Shown here in pieces: positions 43,901 to 53,971 of a stretch of DNA of 64,000 nt. The position numbers were made by a program, and so were the translations under genes. Positions within the stretch are counted from its first letter, which is position 1; each line of letters starts with the position of its first letter. The stretch is from a virus: IMG/VR virus record IMGVR_UViG_3300000527_000001. One strand, 5' to 3'. Under the pieces are notes generated by a model that was not told where the DNA came from, made no database searches, and saw only the letters and a program-made list of their open reading frames with translations.

Positions 43901-45451
43901 CAGATCAGTAATATTCGCCTTGTTTGCTTGCAGATTTTGAATGGCTGCATTGATCGCGGTCAAATCGTTTGCCACAAGATCGTCAATCCGGGCGTTGATT
44001 GCGTCCAAATCTTCAATGTCAGCTTTCCCGACCCGTAGGTTTTCGATTTCAGCATTGATCGCTTCCAGGTCGGTAATATTTGCTTTTGTAGCTTCGAGAT
44101 TATCGATTCTCGCATTCGTTGCGTATAAATCTTCAACATTTGCCTTAATTACTTCCAGATTTTCAATTTCCGCATGAAGTGCTGTGATATCGACAGCGAT
44201 CAAATTGTCGATACGAGCATTTGCTGCTTCAACATCCGCTTTGGCTTCATTTGCTATTTGTTGAGCAATATCCGCTTTAACCTTTGCCGCTGACCAACCG
44301 CCCGAATTGTGAAAAAGAATTTTTTGTATAGCTTTCACTTCAGCCGGCACAACGACTTTCACTTCACGATAGTTCCCGAACGTATACGAAAAATTCCCGT
44401 TCAGATCGTCAAGTTCCGGCATTTCCGTTTCCAAGACGCGGGCTTCGAGATAGATCGGTGGATCAAAAGCTTCGTCTTTGATTCGGATATTCATGCCAAC
44501 ACGCACACGCTCATGTTCGAGCCCAATGACTTGCTCTAGCGCGGCCGCTTGGACTTCCCATTCCACCGCGCTATTTTTCCGTTTCTCCATTTCTTTTTTC
44601 GTAGCGTCCAAAAGCTGTTGCGGTGTGACTTCCGTTCCATCTTCGGGCTGATACTCGAAAATGCCCCAGATATGCCGCCCGGCGTTGTTCCAGCGTTGGA
44701 ACGCTTCCTCGTCCTCAACATAGATTTTCCCTCCGTTCACGCTAGCGAAAGTCACGATGTTCCCGTCCTCGTCCGCCGGGCCGATGCCTACTAGACGCGT
44801 ACAGATATTTTCTGTGTTTTCTTTCCGCCGGATCCCCGTCATGTCTTTGCCGAAGACGATTTCCTTCCCGTCAAAAACTTCGTCCGGCTTCAATAAATCG
44901 ACAATACGCGTGATAGAGCCGTCAGGGTTGACGTTGACCCGAAAACGGAGTTCAAGATCAAATACGCTCGCGATTTTTTGCAACGCGGCCAACGGGTTGG
45001 TGTATGTGTCGAAATTGATTGTCCGGCTCCCGGCAAAATCGATTTGGCCCGGTTGGTATCGCGTGTTTGCGAGGACAAATTGAACCGCGGTTTCTGCCGT
45101 CTGCCCAGGCAACGTTTGCGGCGGAATAGGCTCATCATTCGCCAGCTCGATATGATCGCCAAGCGCCGACACAAAGAGAATTTTCCCATTTGCTTCGTGA
45201 GTGGTTTCCACGCTGTCAATAATAAAAAGACGGTGGAAACCGTCTTGGTCTTGGGCCGTCAATTTGTTTTTGGGAATGATATGTTTCGCCGCCGGGCTGT
45301 CCGCAAACATGCGGAATTCGAAAATCAGCACATTGTCCTCGAGTCCTTCGGTCATCTTCGTGTCCCAATAAATTTTCCGATCCGATTGGTTCACCAAGAC
45401 GTCCAAAATTCGTTCTGTTTGTCGGTCGAGAATATGAATCATTCGCCACAC
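40979..45451 (-). CDS. Tail spike/fibre (Tal-like N-terminus, coiled coil, 10-aa DxxITxAKI repeats, CBM-like domain, C-terminal S74 chaperone)
   Basis: Prophage tail endopeptidase-like N-terminus; many ITxAKI repeats; NLCENPDFE CBM start; S..EFKEDI chaperone motif and terminal coiled coil. Confidence 0.88.
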   Translation of the reverse strand: MWRMIHILDRQTERILDVLVNQSDRKIYWDTKMTEGLEDNVLIFEFRMFADSPAAKHIIPKNKLTAQDQDGFHRLFIIDSVETTHEANGKILFVSALGDHIELANDEPIPPQTLPGQTAETAVQFVLANTRYQPGQIDFAGSRTINFDTYTNPLAALQKIASVFDLELRFRVNVNPDGSITRIVDLLKPDEVFDGKEIVFGKDMTGIRRKENTENICTRLVGIGPADEDGNIVTFASVNGGKIYVEDEEAFQRWNNAGRHIWGIFEYQPEDGTEVTPQQLLDATKKEMEKRKNSAVEWEVQAAALEQVIGLEHERVRVGMNIRIKDEAFDPPIYLEARVLETEMPELDDLNGNFSYTFGNYREVKVVVPAEVKAIQKILFHNSGGWSAAKVKADIAQQIANEAKADVEAANARIDNLIAVDITALHAEIENLEVIKANVEDLYATNARIDNLEATKANITDLEAINAEIENLRVGKADIEDLDAINARIDDLVANDLTAINAAIQNLQANKANITDLEAVNARIDNLKVTSAMIENAAITTAKIADASITNAKIANLAVGTAQIQDAAITTAKIANAAITSAKIGNAQIQNAHIATAAIDSSKIQTASITTGLIQDGAITSAKIQQAAIGEAHIADASITDAKIANISANKINAGTINTGLVTLSGPNSKLKITGNRIQVFDNQATPVERVSLGDVNGDGSVFGFRVRGADGQTILMDENGVRSEGITDGAITNPKIASGAVGTDELQDGSVTNAKVANAAIDTAKIKTASITTALIQDGAITSAKVQNAAIGTAQIADGAITSAKIGTAQIGAAHIIDGSIGTAEIANAAITQAKIANLAVGTAQIQDAAITTAKIANAAITNAKISSLDASKITSGYISADRIAAGSITSEKMLIGDFTNLCENPDFEGDAVGSSPKGYVQTSLARVADISGFQYGNGSNRALEIDARNGGNSDVYASNIFPVRPGQQFFIEAEARYLNTAGTGYLQIGFRRYDDKKTALNSWHSVVRWDGTKVTSFTKKSGTYTVPSGTGYLQIWISFYNNGETTNKAYIDNIRVHRMAAGELIVDGSITANKIAAKSITADKLNVTSLDAISANLGTVTAGTIRGVNIYGSTIEGVSGSFSAQGGGIYGGGNVYIRNDPNNSPVIITTDINNPNVERLSLEAGAIHLQGNATDEPQYELLLHNYGLFNYAKHSDGSVDFISIAPGGISVNNENIDGSSEAFNIMINNGNGDLFVKANLYCTGMIEATGWLYTDDLVITNEGVLIYSDNRHILMTETDNNNKQWHIEVNNSALNFVETGVATRMTFSSGTVSINAGLYVSSDIEFSGAKGRLFTDTGANVGYLQTTGNEYRVTKYKSTTYIPVRASSFPTGSLAEFKEDIHPWQESALEKIRNTTIYEYYLKSELEQGIYRKRQGLVIGEGYNTPDGVVDGDGVEQYLMNAWSWKAIQELDNEQQSLKDRIAWLEIENQYLKQKIQQLEAMVHDYKN

Positions 45452-45452
45452 C

Positions 45453-48056
45453 TCACTTGTAGCGTGGTCTGTAGTCGATTGTAACGACCGCAGCGTCCGA
45501 AGGATTCACGGATAATTCTGTTTCACCTGGAGCCAACGAGAAGAACCGAGCGCCGAAATCTTTTTGGCTCATGATTGGCTCGCCGTTTCTATAGATAACC
45601 GCGTTTTTGTGGTCGAACTGTAAAATATCGTCTGGATAAGCGATATATGGGACTTCATTTTCCTGATGGTCACGAAGTTCATAAACATAGAGATGGTTGA
45701 TACTCATGTGATCGACTGGCCCGTAGCTTAAATGGCATCCGATATGGACTTGGATTTGAGCCAAAGGTGCGGTGTATTTGTTTTTCGTGTCAGTAAAAGT
45801 ATGTCGCACAAAATCTACTAAATTCCCTTCATTATTCACACGAGCCGTATAGAATTCCCATCGGTTCCCCTTTCTCCGAATGTCGATCGCTCCGTAATAA
45901 TAGTTCAGAGCGCCCTTCTTTTTTCCGTACGTATTCCAGATCATGTCAACGTTCGGGCCCAATTCAACATGCGCCCGGACAAGCTGTGCGTTCGGCCAAT
46001 AGTCCGCAATGGCTGTTCGGAAAATGATATTGTTCGCGGTATCCAGCCCGTATATTTCTATCCGCCCCGTCCCCTTCGCGCTCGAATGGATTTGAATGAG
46101 CGAATACATACGGAAGTCTTGAACGGCATACGGCAACGACTTTTTCAACGCCGGCCCCGCCCATCCGTTGTATGACGGGCCATAGCTTTGCACAACGAAT
46201 CGTTCTCCGTCCGAAACCATCGTTCCTTGCACAATTCCATCCACTACGCTACTTGCCGCACCCCAACCGGTTGTGGTCGTCATTTTGTCTTGCATAACTG
46301 GCTTATCTCCGTCAACCGGCGTCTGGCTGACCTCATACGGTTGGCCAACGCGCATATATGAATCGGGCGAAATGATGTCTAAAAACGTGATCGGCTGTTT
46401 CACGTATGCGGTGAAGGTCGGATACGTTTCCGCTGTGCCTTCGTTGTTGACGATTGTCGGCGTTTGGACTTCGAGACTCCCGTCAAACGGTAAATACGCT
46501 GTCGTATATTCGTCCACCGTGAAGCCGTTTTGGTATGCGTCCATGATTTCGGCATCCGAACGGGCGATGCGGGAGAGGCGGAGGGGGCCGATGATGGTAT
46601 TACTGTACTGCGTACTATTCCATAGCGCATATCCGAGAGAAGCCACAGCGTTTAGTACGTCAGGTAGGGTCGGGGTGTTGATTTCAGCGATTTTCTGTCC
46701 GTCAATGAAAAACCCAGACGCAGATGTGTTCGCACGAAGCGCGAAGTAGTGCCAACCCTGCGTAGGTGACCATACGCCGTTCGCGGAACTTGATACAGCA
46801 GACCCGTTTGTGGTCCTAAAAAACCATATGTTGGTTTGGTTGCCCGCCCTAGAAAATTCGATCACGTTGTGAGTATAATGTTGTGTCGCTGTCGCAAACA
46901 GGGTGATATACCGAGTCGGCACAGACGCCAGTAGGTCGCCCTGAAGATACGCCCAAAACTCAATCGTCCACTCTTTCGGATTCATCCCCGCCGTCGGCAC
47001 CGTCAGTGTTTCGGGCTGGCGGGTGCCGTCCACGAAAGAGGTGGCGTAGGGTTTTTGTTCAAGTTGAGCGGCGTCAACTTCAAACCACTCTCCAATTTGA
47101 TTGATGCCTTGAATATAGATAGCAACCCTTGCCGCATTAGGCGGAGCAGTTCCGGTTACAGTTATTCTTGTTACAGATGTACCAGCCTTCTTGCTACTAA
47201 TGCTTTCACTAATATACTGGCTTGAAGAATCTTCCCAAACTAATGCAATGACAACTTTATCTGCGACTGATGCTTTGACATAAGCTGTTGCAACATATAC
47301 ACTTCCCGGGGTTATGTTTACTTTTTGTGATGATAAACGAGTTGGTTGTGAATTTGTTACTCCACCAGTAATTTCAACTCGTTGTGCATAAAGCCCATGG
47401 AATAATGATGGCACTCGGCTCACAGCATGGGTACGATTAGAGTCGCCTATACCTCTCACACCAATGCTCCATTGATCGGCTAATCCATCACTATTCGAAT
47501 CTGTCTCAAATGAAGGGTTGAGAAGAAGATTCGTTGTCCCTTCTTCAATCAACACGCCACCATTTTCCAGCCTCGGTTGATTGGCGGCTACTTGCGTGCC
47601 GTCTGACAAATATGCCACGGAATTCCGACTGAACGAAGCAGGCGGTACGTTGATCGTTTGCGTGCGGAGGGGGCCATATTTAAAAGGGTCGGGGCAAATG
47701 AAAGAGATAACTCCCTCTCCCCATTCCACTAACTCGTCAAGGTTCAATTCCCCCGTAACTTGAGCATAATAAACCCGATCCGGTTCATCTGAAAAAATAA
47801 GCTCTTTCGGTTCGTCGGTAATGAGCCAGGCCGCAAGGTCTTCCTTGACCTTTTGGAGACTCTCGAAGCCTTTCGTATATACCCGGACCGGGATATTGAT
47901 TTGACGAATTTTTATTTTTTTGCCGGTGATTAGTCCACCTGGGCGTCCCGGTATCTCCAAAATCTCGTGTTCGATCGGAGCCCAGGCTGGACGTTCCAGA
48001 CCGCGGAGAACCCTTACATAGTCCTTGGTGACCCCATTAAATGAAAAAAAGGCCAT
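45453..48056 (-). CDS. Distal tail protein (evolved Dit) with inserted CBM and LamG-like domains
   Basis: FSFNG, LIFSDEPDRVYYA, FICPDPFKYG; insertions NLLLNPSFE and WTIEFW...WHYFAL; follows tape measure. Confidence 0.85.
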   Translation of the reverse strand: MAFFSFNGVTKDYVRVLRGLERPAWAPIEHEILEIPGRPGGLITGKKIKIRQINIPVRVYTKGFESLQKVKEDLAAWLITDEPKELIFSDEPDRVYYAQVTGELNLDELVEWGEGVISFICPDPFKYGPLRTQTINVPPASFSRNSVAYLSDGTQVAANQPRLENGGVLIEEGTTNLLLNPSFETDSNSDGLADQWSIGVRGIGDSNRTHAVSRVPSLFHGLYAQRVEITGGVTNSQPTRLSSQKVNITPGSVYVATAYVKASVADKVVIALVWEDSSSQYISESISSKKAGTSVTRITVTGTAPPNAARVAIYIQGINQIGEWFEVDAAQLEQKPYATSFVDGTRQPETLTVPTAGMNPKEWTIEFWAYLQGDLLASVPTRYITLFATATQHYTHNVIEFSRAGNQTNIWFFRTTNGSAVSSSANGVWSPTQGWHYFALRANTSASGFFIDGQKIAEINTPTLPDVLNAVASLGYALWNSTQYSNTIIGPLRLSRIARSDAEIMDAYQNGFTVDEYTTAYLPFDGSLEVQTPTIVNNEGTAETYPTFTAYVKQPITFLDIISPDSYMRVGQPYEVSQTPVDGDKPVMQDKMTTTTGWGAASSVVDGIVQGTMVSDGERFVVQSYGPSYNGWAGPALKKSLPYAVQDFRMYSLIQIHSSAKGTGRIEIYGLDTANNIIFRTAIADYWPNAQLVRAHVELGPNVDMIWNTYGKKKGALNYYYGAIDIRRKGNRWEFYTARVNNEGNLVDFVRHTFTDTKNKYTAPLAQIQVHIGCHLSYGPVDHMSINHLYVYELRDHQENEVPYIAYPDDILQFDHKNAVIYRNGEPIMSQKDFGARFFSLAPGETELSVNPSDAAVVTIDYRPRYK

Positions 48057-48058
48057 TG

Positions 48059-50623
48059 TTAGCCTCCTCTCCTGAACCGTTCTCTTCGGCTTTGTTGAAA
48101 TTTCAAAATTTCATCGAAATCATCCACAGTCGCGTAGATGAATTCGCGACCGTTCACTTGAATGGATACCGGTCGTTTTGCCATTTCTAATATGGCAGAT
48201 ACTAAACTGTAGAACCTTTCGGTCGAAAGCATTCCCCCGGTCATTCCACCTTGTACATAGCCGCCACTTGCCATTGCGACTGTAGGCACTAAATTGACGG
48301 GTAAATTCGCCCCACGCAAAGATCCACTTACATTTACCGATGGAGTAATAGTTGCGCTCAATGATTCGCCAAGCTTTCTCATTGCTTGTATTGCGGATCT
48401 CTCTTCTTTTTCTATTCCTTCTGCAATCCCAGCGGGAATCCATCGCCCAACCTCATCACGCATAATCTTGGAAGGCGAAGCGATTCCGAGAACCTTTTTA
48501 AATCCGTTCTTTATTGAGTTTCCGATACTTCTTACCTTGTCCGCAACAGCGCTCGCCATCGAGCCAATTCCATTGATTAGACCCCGAATGATGTCTTTTC
48601 CGATATTTTTCAGATTGATTCCTTTCAAGAATTTGATCGCCCGATTCCAAATGCTACGAATAACGGACAATACACTGTTCATGATGTTGCGGACGTTTTG
48701 AAGCATACCCCTGAAATTACCAGTAACTAAATTCTTGATAAGACCCAGAAAGTTTGAAAAAATAGTCCTGATTGCTGACCATATAGTCGAGATAAATGTC
48801 CGTACATTGGTAAAAATCGTTCTTATTACATTCCACATTTTGGTGAAGTTGTCTTTTACGATGCTGAAGATGATTTTCACGATTTCGACAATCGTTTGCC
48901 GGATCGCTCCCCAGATGGTAGCGCCCGTTGATCGTATGGCTGTAAATATCGTATGCACACTAACATATAAGTTTCGGAAGAAGTTGACAATGCCTTTGAC
49001 CATGTTCATGACAATGTTTGTTGCGTTTTCGCTTAAGCCCTTGAAGAAGTTTATTATCGTAGTCCACAAGTTGCGAACGATATTGACACCGTTTTTAAGC
49101 AGGTTCGTGAACACATTCTTTATACCGCCCAGGAATTGTAGCGACATGATGCCGAGTATTAAATCAACTGCGCCTTTTAAGATGCTTTTAATACCTTCCC
49201 ATAGTTGTGACCAGTCGCCAGTGAAAATTGCAGTAAAAACTTGAATTGCGCCTTTTATGACGTTTAGCGCGCCAGTAATGATATCCTTGATGGCAGACCA
49301 AGCAATTTCAATGATGAACTTGACAATTGGCATTACAAACTGTACTACGGATTGAATAAATTTGAAGGCGTTTTGAACAGCTTGCATGATTTGCTCGCCG
49401 TTTTCTTGCCAAAGCTGACGCAAACTTTCAAGTTGTGACTGTATGAACGGAATAACTTTACTATTTAAAACATCCTGGACAATCGAGTAAATTGCGTTAA
49501 ATACAGTTTGGACCGTTTCCCAAACTCCAGTGAAAAAGATTATTGCATTGTTTAAGATCTCTTGACCGTTTTCGTTCCAAAACTGTTTAAAACTTGCAAA
49601 CAGTCCCTTGACAAATTCAATCGCAACAGAGATGCGATCCATAATGATCATTCGTATTTGTTCAACAATAGTTTGAATTGCGGGTAACCAAGGAGAAATA
49701 GCGTCTTTTACTCCGGAAAATACAGTCGCAATCTTGGGTACTTGGGAAGTTACCCAGGAAAAGAAGGCGTTTATACCAGCTTTTAAATAGTCAAACATTC
49801 CCGCAATACTTCCCGGTCCACCGAGTGCTTCATCAATAGCGGCAATCACATCGGCCACACCTTTTACAACGGCTGTTTTTACGTTTTGCCAAGATGTGGC
49901 TATCCCTGTAGTAGATTTCCTTGCCATTTCGGCAAAGCCGCCAACGCCTTCGTTCAGCTCGATCAGTTTGGAAGTGAACTCATCAAATGTGATGTTGCCC
50001 TCTTTTAAGGCATTATATAGGTCTCTTTGTGCGGAAGCCCCGGCATACCCAAACGCTTCGGCTGTTTTATTTAATGCAACTGGCATCGTCTCTTGTAGCG
50101 TGCGCCAGGATTGAAGATCCACCGTTCCAGTCGATAACATTTGCACAAATTGTTCCAAACCTCGAGCGGCATCTGCTGAACTTGCCCCACTTGCCAAGAA
50201 CGCATTGTTTAGTGCTAGTGTGATATCGACTGAACGGTCTAGGTCACCAGTCATCAAAGCAATTCTTTGAGTAGTTTTTGCCACGCTATCAAGAGTGGTG
50301 GGTAAGCCTTCAATACCTTTTGCAAGTCTTTTTATAGCCTTCTGGGATTCGTCGGCATCAAACCCCATTGTTTGAAGAACTCTGGGGAAATTGGTCAATG
50401 TATCGTACCTAGAAATTGCACCGTCAAGAGCACTTTTCACCATGTTAATAGCCTTTGATGCCAATTGAACTAAACCGAGTGCAGTAGCAATCTCTTTTAT
50501 CCCAGAAGCGGCTCTTTTACCAGCTACAGCAACACCGCCTAGCCGTTTATCTATATTTGCCACACCTTTGGCGACTTTCCCATCATCTAGTATGACGTCT
50601 ATTACGACTTTACCGTCAGCCAT
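48059..50623 (-). CDS. Tape measure protein
   Basis: ADGKVVIDV start, tape-measure domain (QFVQMLSTG.VDLQSW), Trp-periodic amphipathic repeats, IASPSK. Confidence 0.93.
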   Translation of the reverse strand: MADGKVVIDVILDDGKVAKGVANIDKRLGGVAVAGKRAASGIKEIATALGLVQLASKAINMVKSALDGAISRYDTLTNFPRVLQTMGFDADESQKAIKRLAKGIEGLPTTLDSVAKTTQRIALMTGDLDRSVDITLALNNAFLASGASSADAARGLEQFVQMLSTGTVDLQSWRTLQETMPVALNKTAEAFGYAGASAQRDLYNALKEGNITFDEFTSKLIELNEGVGGFAEMARKSTTGIATSWQNVKTAVVKGVADVIAAIDEALGGPGSIAGMFDYLKAGINAFFSWVTSQVPKIATVFSGVKDAISPWLPAIQTIVEQIRMIIMDRISVAIEFVKGLFASFKQFWNENGQEILNNAIIFFTGVWETVQTVFNAIYSIVQDVLNSKVIPFIQSQLESLRQLWQENGEQIMQAVQNAFKFIQSVVQFVMPIVKFIIEIAWSAIKDIITGALNVIKGAIQVFTAIFTGDWSQLWEGIKSILKGAVDLILGIMSLQFLGGIKNVFTNLLKNGVNIVRNLWTTIINFFKGLSENATNIVMNMVKGIVNFFRNLYVSVHTIFTAIRSTGATIWGAIRQTIVEIVKIIFSIVKDNFTKMWNVIRTIFTNVRTFISTIWSAIRTIFSNFLGLIKNLVTGNFRGMLQNVRNIMNSVLSVIRSIWNRAIKFLKGINLKNIGKDIIRGLINGIGSMASAVADKVRSIGNSIKNGFKKVLGIASPSKIMRDEVGRWIPAGIAEGIEKEERSAIQAMRKLGESLSATITPSVNVSGSLRGANLPVNLVPTVAMASGGYVQGGMTGGMLSTERFYSLVSAILEMAKRPVSIQVNGREFIYATVDDFDEILKFQQSRRERFRRGG

Positions 50624-51239
50624 CCTTCTTCACCCCCTTCCCCTGGGCTTTGAATGTTTGGGCAAGGGTATCGAAAACATCATCAATATTTGATCCTTCA
50701 TCTTCAAGCGCATATAGCCGCTTCATTCTGATAACGTGATCGCGGTATTCTTTTGTAACCTTATTCGCACTGGGGATTTTCATTGTTCGATAACCGATCA
50801 CTTCCTTAAACTTCGAATCATCCGGCAAATGTGCCAACAATGCTTGAAATTTTTTCCAATGCAATTTTCCATGCATTTCGAATAGATCAATCTTATAAGC
50901 AGCAAAAAAAGAGGCATAAATCAATTCCGCGTCTTTCGTATAGTCCATAATTTTCTTTTGTTGCCCTTGCTCTGGGGGTTGATCCAAGTCAATATCCAAA
51001 AACTCACGCAAGACGAACTTAAATAATTCAAATTGTTCCTCAAATGGCTTTTCTTTTAATTCGTCATACTCGATAATGAGGATCTCTAGGCCCCAAAGAA
51101 CCTTCTCCCATTCTGGAATAGATTTGTCGTCAAATAACTCGAACAACCGCAAAATGTTATCGAATGCCATATCCACATGAAAGATTTTACCTTCGTATTC
51201 AAATTGGTCATCGAATGTATCCGTCAGTTTGAATGTCAT
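50616..51239 (-). CDS. A118 gp15-like tail assembly protein
   Basis: DAELIYASF..Y.IDL, LHWKKFQALL..LP and VIGYR motifs. Confidence 0.85.
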   Translation of the reverse strand: MTFKLTDTFDDQFEYEGKIFHVDMAFDNILRLFELFDDKSIPEWEKVLWGLEILIIEYDELKEKPFEEQFELFKFVLREFLDIDLDQPPEQGQQKKIMDYTKDAELIYASFFAAYKIDLFEMHGKLHWKKFQALLAHLPDDSKFKEVIGYRTMKIPSANKVTKEYRDHVIRMKRLYALEDEGSNIDDVFDTLAQTFKAQGKGVKKDG

Positions 51240-51637
51240 TTTTGATTCACGCGACGCTTAGGCTTCACGTACTGATGACGCTTTTCCTCCTTGTTCTGTG
51301 CGTTGCGTTCGTTGACAACTTCGGCTAAAAACCAAACTAAATCGTACATGTTAACAATCGAACGGCCGCTTTTTTCATACAGTTCCTCAAATGAACCTTC
51401 ACCAAGCAACATATCAATGACGTTACGTATCAGATGTTTCGTCTTCTCAAAATATTTCTCTCGTTCTTCTTTCGTGAGTTTCATCTCATCAACGTCCAAA
51501 AGTTCTTGTACATCCGTTCCTAAAGAGTGAAAGCCCTCCTGATACTCACGGATCTTATCATCACTGAGTTCGATTCGGTACACTTTCCCTGCAATCTCTA
51601 CTTCCTCAAAAGGTTTCTTGAACTCAAACTTTCTCAT
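51236..51637 (-). CDS. Tail assembly chaperone (repeat copy)
   Basis: Identical to 97-498. Confidence 0.7.
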   Translation of the reverse strand: MRKFEFKKPFEEVEIAGKVYRIELSDDKIREYQEGFHSLGTDVQELLDVDEMKLTKEEREKYFEKTKHLIRNVIDMLLGEGSFEELYEKSGRSIVNMYDLVWFLAEVVNERNAQNKEEKRHQYVKPKRRVNQK

Positions 51638-51688
51638 AATTCACACCCCTCTTTGTAAGTTAAAAAGAAGGGCCGCCAAACAACGGCT

Positions 51689-52126
51689 CTATTCTAAGCT
51701 TGGCGGCGTATAATTCGGCTTTCCGTTGAAATGAATTTCGAAGCTGATTTCACCCTTGGTTCCAGCATCACCAGATGGGCCTGAGATGTTAGCGATCGTA
51801 CATTCTCCCTCAAATACTCCGCCATCTGGTTCCGTCCATCGAAACTCTGTGCGACGATTTGGACCTAATTCAAGTAATTTACCGAAGATAAAATCCTGCG
51901 CTGGATCACCGTACTTCCGATGTCCAGTGAAGGTTAAGACTAATTGTGCACCGATCACATCTGTTTCTCCGTATCCGTCGCCGTCCAAGTATATATCTTG
52001 CGAAAGCTCTTCGTTATTATTTGGTTCAACGTTCGTAATTCCTGCGGCAATCAGCGCATAAGTACCCGGAGTTTCCCCAGGCGTTGTATTAATTTCAAAC
52101 TTATGCTTATTCATCAATTCAAACAT
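51689..52126 (-). CDS. Major tail protein (repeat copy)
   Basis: Identical to 550-987. Confidence 0.85.
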   Translation of the reverse strand: MFELMNKHKFEINTTPGETPGTYALIAAGITNVEPNNNEELSQDIYLDGDGYGETDVIGAQLVLTFTGHRKYGDPAQDFIFGKLLELGPNRRTEFRWTEPDGGVFEGECTIANISGPSGDAGTKGEISFEIHFNGKPNYTPPSLE

Positions 52127-52127
52127 T

Positions 52128-52535
52128 CTACATACCTCCTTTTGCTAATTCAGCGTGAAAAATAGCAGTATAAATGTATTCGCTTTTGTCTGTCTTTTCT
52201 ACGAAATTAGGTAGCGTGTAGCATTCGCACTTCACAAAGGTATAACTTCCGTCTTGGCTTGGGATCGCGTCTTTTCCAAGCCCGTCTAAGACATTAAAAA
52301 TATTTTGTAGGGTGTTATAAGCAGTAAGGTGATCCACATCTTTTACTAGCACTTGAAACGCGAATATGAACGTTTTCTCATTGTCTGTATAACGATCATT
52401 CATTGACGAAGGAGTTTGACGGATGGCAATGGAAGAGGGAGCGGTATCCAACAGGCCGAATACAATCGGTGCATTAAGAGTTACGTTTTGTTCAATGTAT
52501 TCTTTGACACGATCTAGAAAGTCCATCCGCTTCAC
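52128..52535 (-). CDS. Tail terminator / minor capsid 3-type (repeat copy)
   Basis: Identical to 989-1396. Confidence 0.7.
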   Translation of the reverse strand: MKRMDFLDRVKEYIEQNVTLNAPIVFGLLDTAPSSIAIRQTPSSMNDRYTDNEKTFIFAFQVLVKDVDHLTAYNTLQNIFNVLDGLGKDAIPSQDGSYTFVKCECYTLPNFVEKTDKSEYIYTAIFHAELAKGGM

Positions 52536-52897
52536 TCCCCATCAAAATATTTCCTGTATACCTCTTTCACTCGTTGTGTCCAATCATCTTTATATTGGGA
52601 TTTGGCTGCCTCAAACCATAAGCCTTGTGCATTCGGGTTCACATCTTTTGAAAAATTATACTGGGGATTGTAATATAATCTTCGAGCATAGGGCGTGTTC
52701 CATTCAATATGTCCTTCACCAATTCTGCTGTGAAGTATCCCAGATCTCTCTAAATGCCCTTCTTGTTTGGGGATAAAATAGTTGCTATCTTTTAATACGT
52801 CTTGATCCAATTGAGCTTGTGCTGCTTTTTTAGCACGATCTGTTTTGGACTTTAGCTTACTCCTATTAAGGTCGACCTTGACATTAAAGCGAATCAT
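52532..52897 (-). CDS. Minor capsid 2-type neck protein (repeat copy)
   Basis: Identical to 1393-1758. Confidence 0.8.
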   Translation of the reverse strand: MIRFNVKVDLNRSKLKSKTDRAKKAAQAQLDQDVLKDSNYFIPKQEGHLERSGILHSRIGEGHIEWNTPYARRLYYNPQYNFSKDVNPNAQGLWFEAAKSQYKDDWTQRVKEVYRKYFDGE

Positions 52898-53226
52898 ACT
52901 AGCTCCACCTCGATATGATGAGGTGTTGTTGATAGAGCATAAAGCGTATTCACTTTTTGCACAATCATTGTCTCGCCGTTAAAAGTGACTCTTGACTTTT
53001 CCTTGAATGTCACTTTTGGTGTAGAATGAGTCATGTCAAAAAACAATATTGCCCGGTATCGCTTTTCTTCAGCGATATTCGAGAGATTGATGTTGCTGAC
53101 CGGTTGAACAAGCACATTCTCTAATGTAACGGGCGGCAAATACGTTTCGCCCCATCCACTTCTTTCGGCATATTCCTCATATACGACCTTATGGATCAAA
53201 AGAGACAATGGAATTGGCTTAATCAT
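52894..53226 (-). CDS. Minor capsid 1-type head closure protein (repeat copy)
   Basis: Identical to 1755-2087. Confidence 0.75.
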   Translation of the reverse strand: MIKPIPLSLLIHKVVYEEYAERSGWGETYLPPVTLENVLVQPVSNINLSNIAEEKRYRAILFFDMTHSTPKVTFKEKSRVTFNGETMIVQKVNTLYALSTTPHHIEVELV

Positions 53227-53611
53227 ATGCTGTCACTCCCTGGTATAGAAGCCCAGAGGAAGACAGGTGAAGTATCGCTTCCGGAGAAATGCCATTATTT
53301 CCGTTATTCGAGGCGGAGCTTACTTGATAGATAAAATTCCCAATATGAACGGAGCTCGGTTGTACCCCATGCAGAGCATCCGTTCCATTTTTAAGCATGT
53401 ACTCAATCTGAGCACATACTGCATTTTTAATGGCCTGTTGTACTAGTTGGTGAAGATTCTCAAATCCTTGAGCCTGAATGTTTGAACCGGTTAAACTATC
53501 AATAACTAGCGAAGCTCTAGTTTCATATTTAGCAAAGTCCTCGCTAGTTAAATGCTCCGGCCAATCTCCGCCGTAAGTATCGAGATAATAAGTGAGATTC
53601 ACATACGACAT
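53219..53611 (-). CDS. Head-tail adaptor (repeat copy)
   Basis: Identical to 2080-2472. Confidence 0.8.
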   Translation of the reverse strand: MSYVNLTYYLDTYGGDWPEHLTSEDFAKYETRASLVIDSLTGSNIQAQGFENLHQLVQQAIKNAVCAQIEYMLKNGTDALHGVQPSSVHIGNFIYQVSSASNNGNNGISPEAILHLSSSGLLYQGVTAYD

Positions 53612-53617
53612 TAATCA

Positions 53618-53911
53618 TCACCCTTTGCGACGGCGGCGCTTACTTTCACCCTCCGAGTCTTCAGTCTCAGCTTCCTCAATATTAGTGTTAGGTTTACCCT
53701 CCTGAAGCTGTTTAATAAGGGCTTTAGCCTTTTCCAATTCCTCAACTACCCGATTGTATTCTGCAATCGGTACCATACGACCGCTTGTTGCTCGTTTAAC
53801 TACTTCTCCTCGGTCATTGATTTGATCGTATCCTTCACGAAGATAATAGGACAAGCGTTCTTCAGGTACATAAAGCACCTTATTGTCTTTCTTTACTCTT
53901 ACTTTATTCAT
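53618..53911 (-). CDS. Hypothetical head-associated protein (repeat copy)
   Basis: Identical to 2479-2772. Confidence 0.7.
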   Translation of the reverse strand: MNKVRVKKDNKVLYVPEERLSYYLREGYDQINDRGEVVKRATSGRMVPIAEYNRVVEELEKAKALIKQLQEGKPNTNIEEAETEDSEGESKRRRRKG

Positions 53912-53971
53912 AAAATAATATCCTCCTTAAAAACTTGGATTAAGAGGGCTCGTTTGAGCCCCCTTAAAAAA

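Noticed and set aside
40979..48056. Diversity-generating retroelement target in tail genes
   Set aside because: No reverse transcriptase in the genome and no TR/VR pair differing at adenines was seen
1..51139. tRNA genes, introns or inteins
   Set aside because: No cloverleaf found by eye in intergenic gaps; thyA, PolA, TerL and helicase are uninterrupted. tRNAscan-SE would be needed to exclude tRNAs formally
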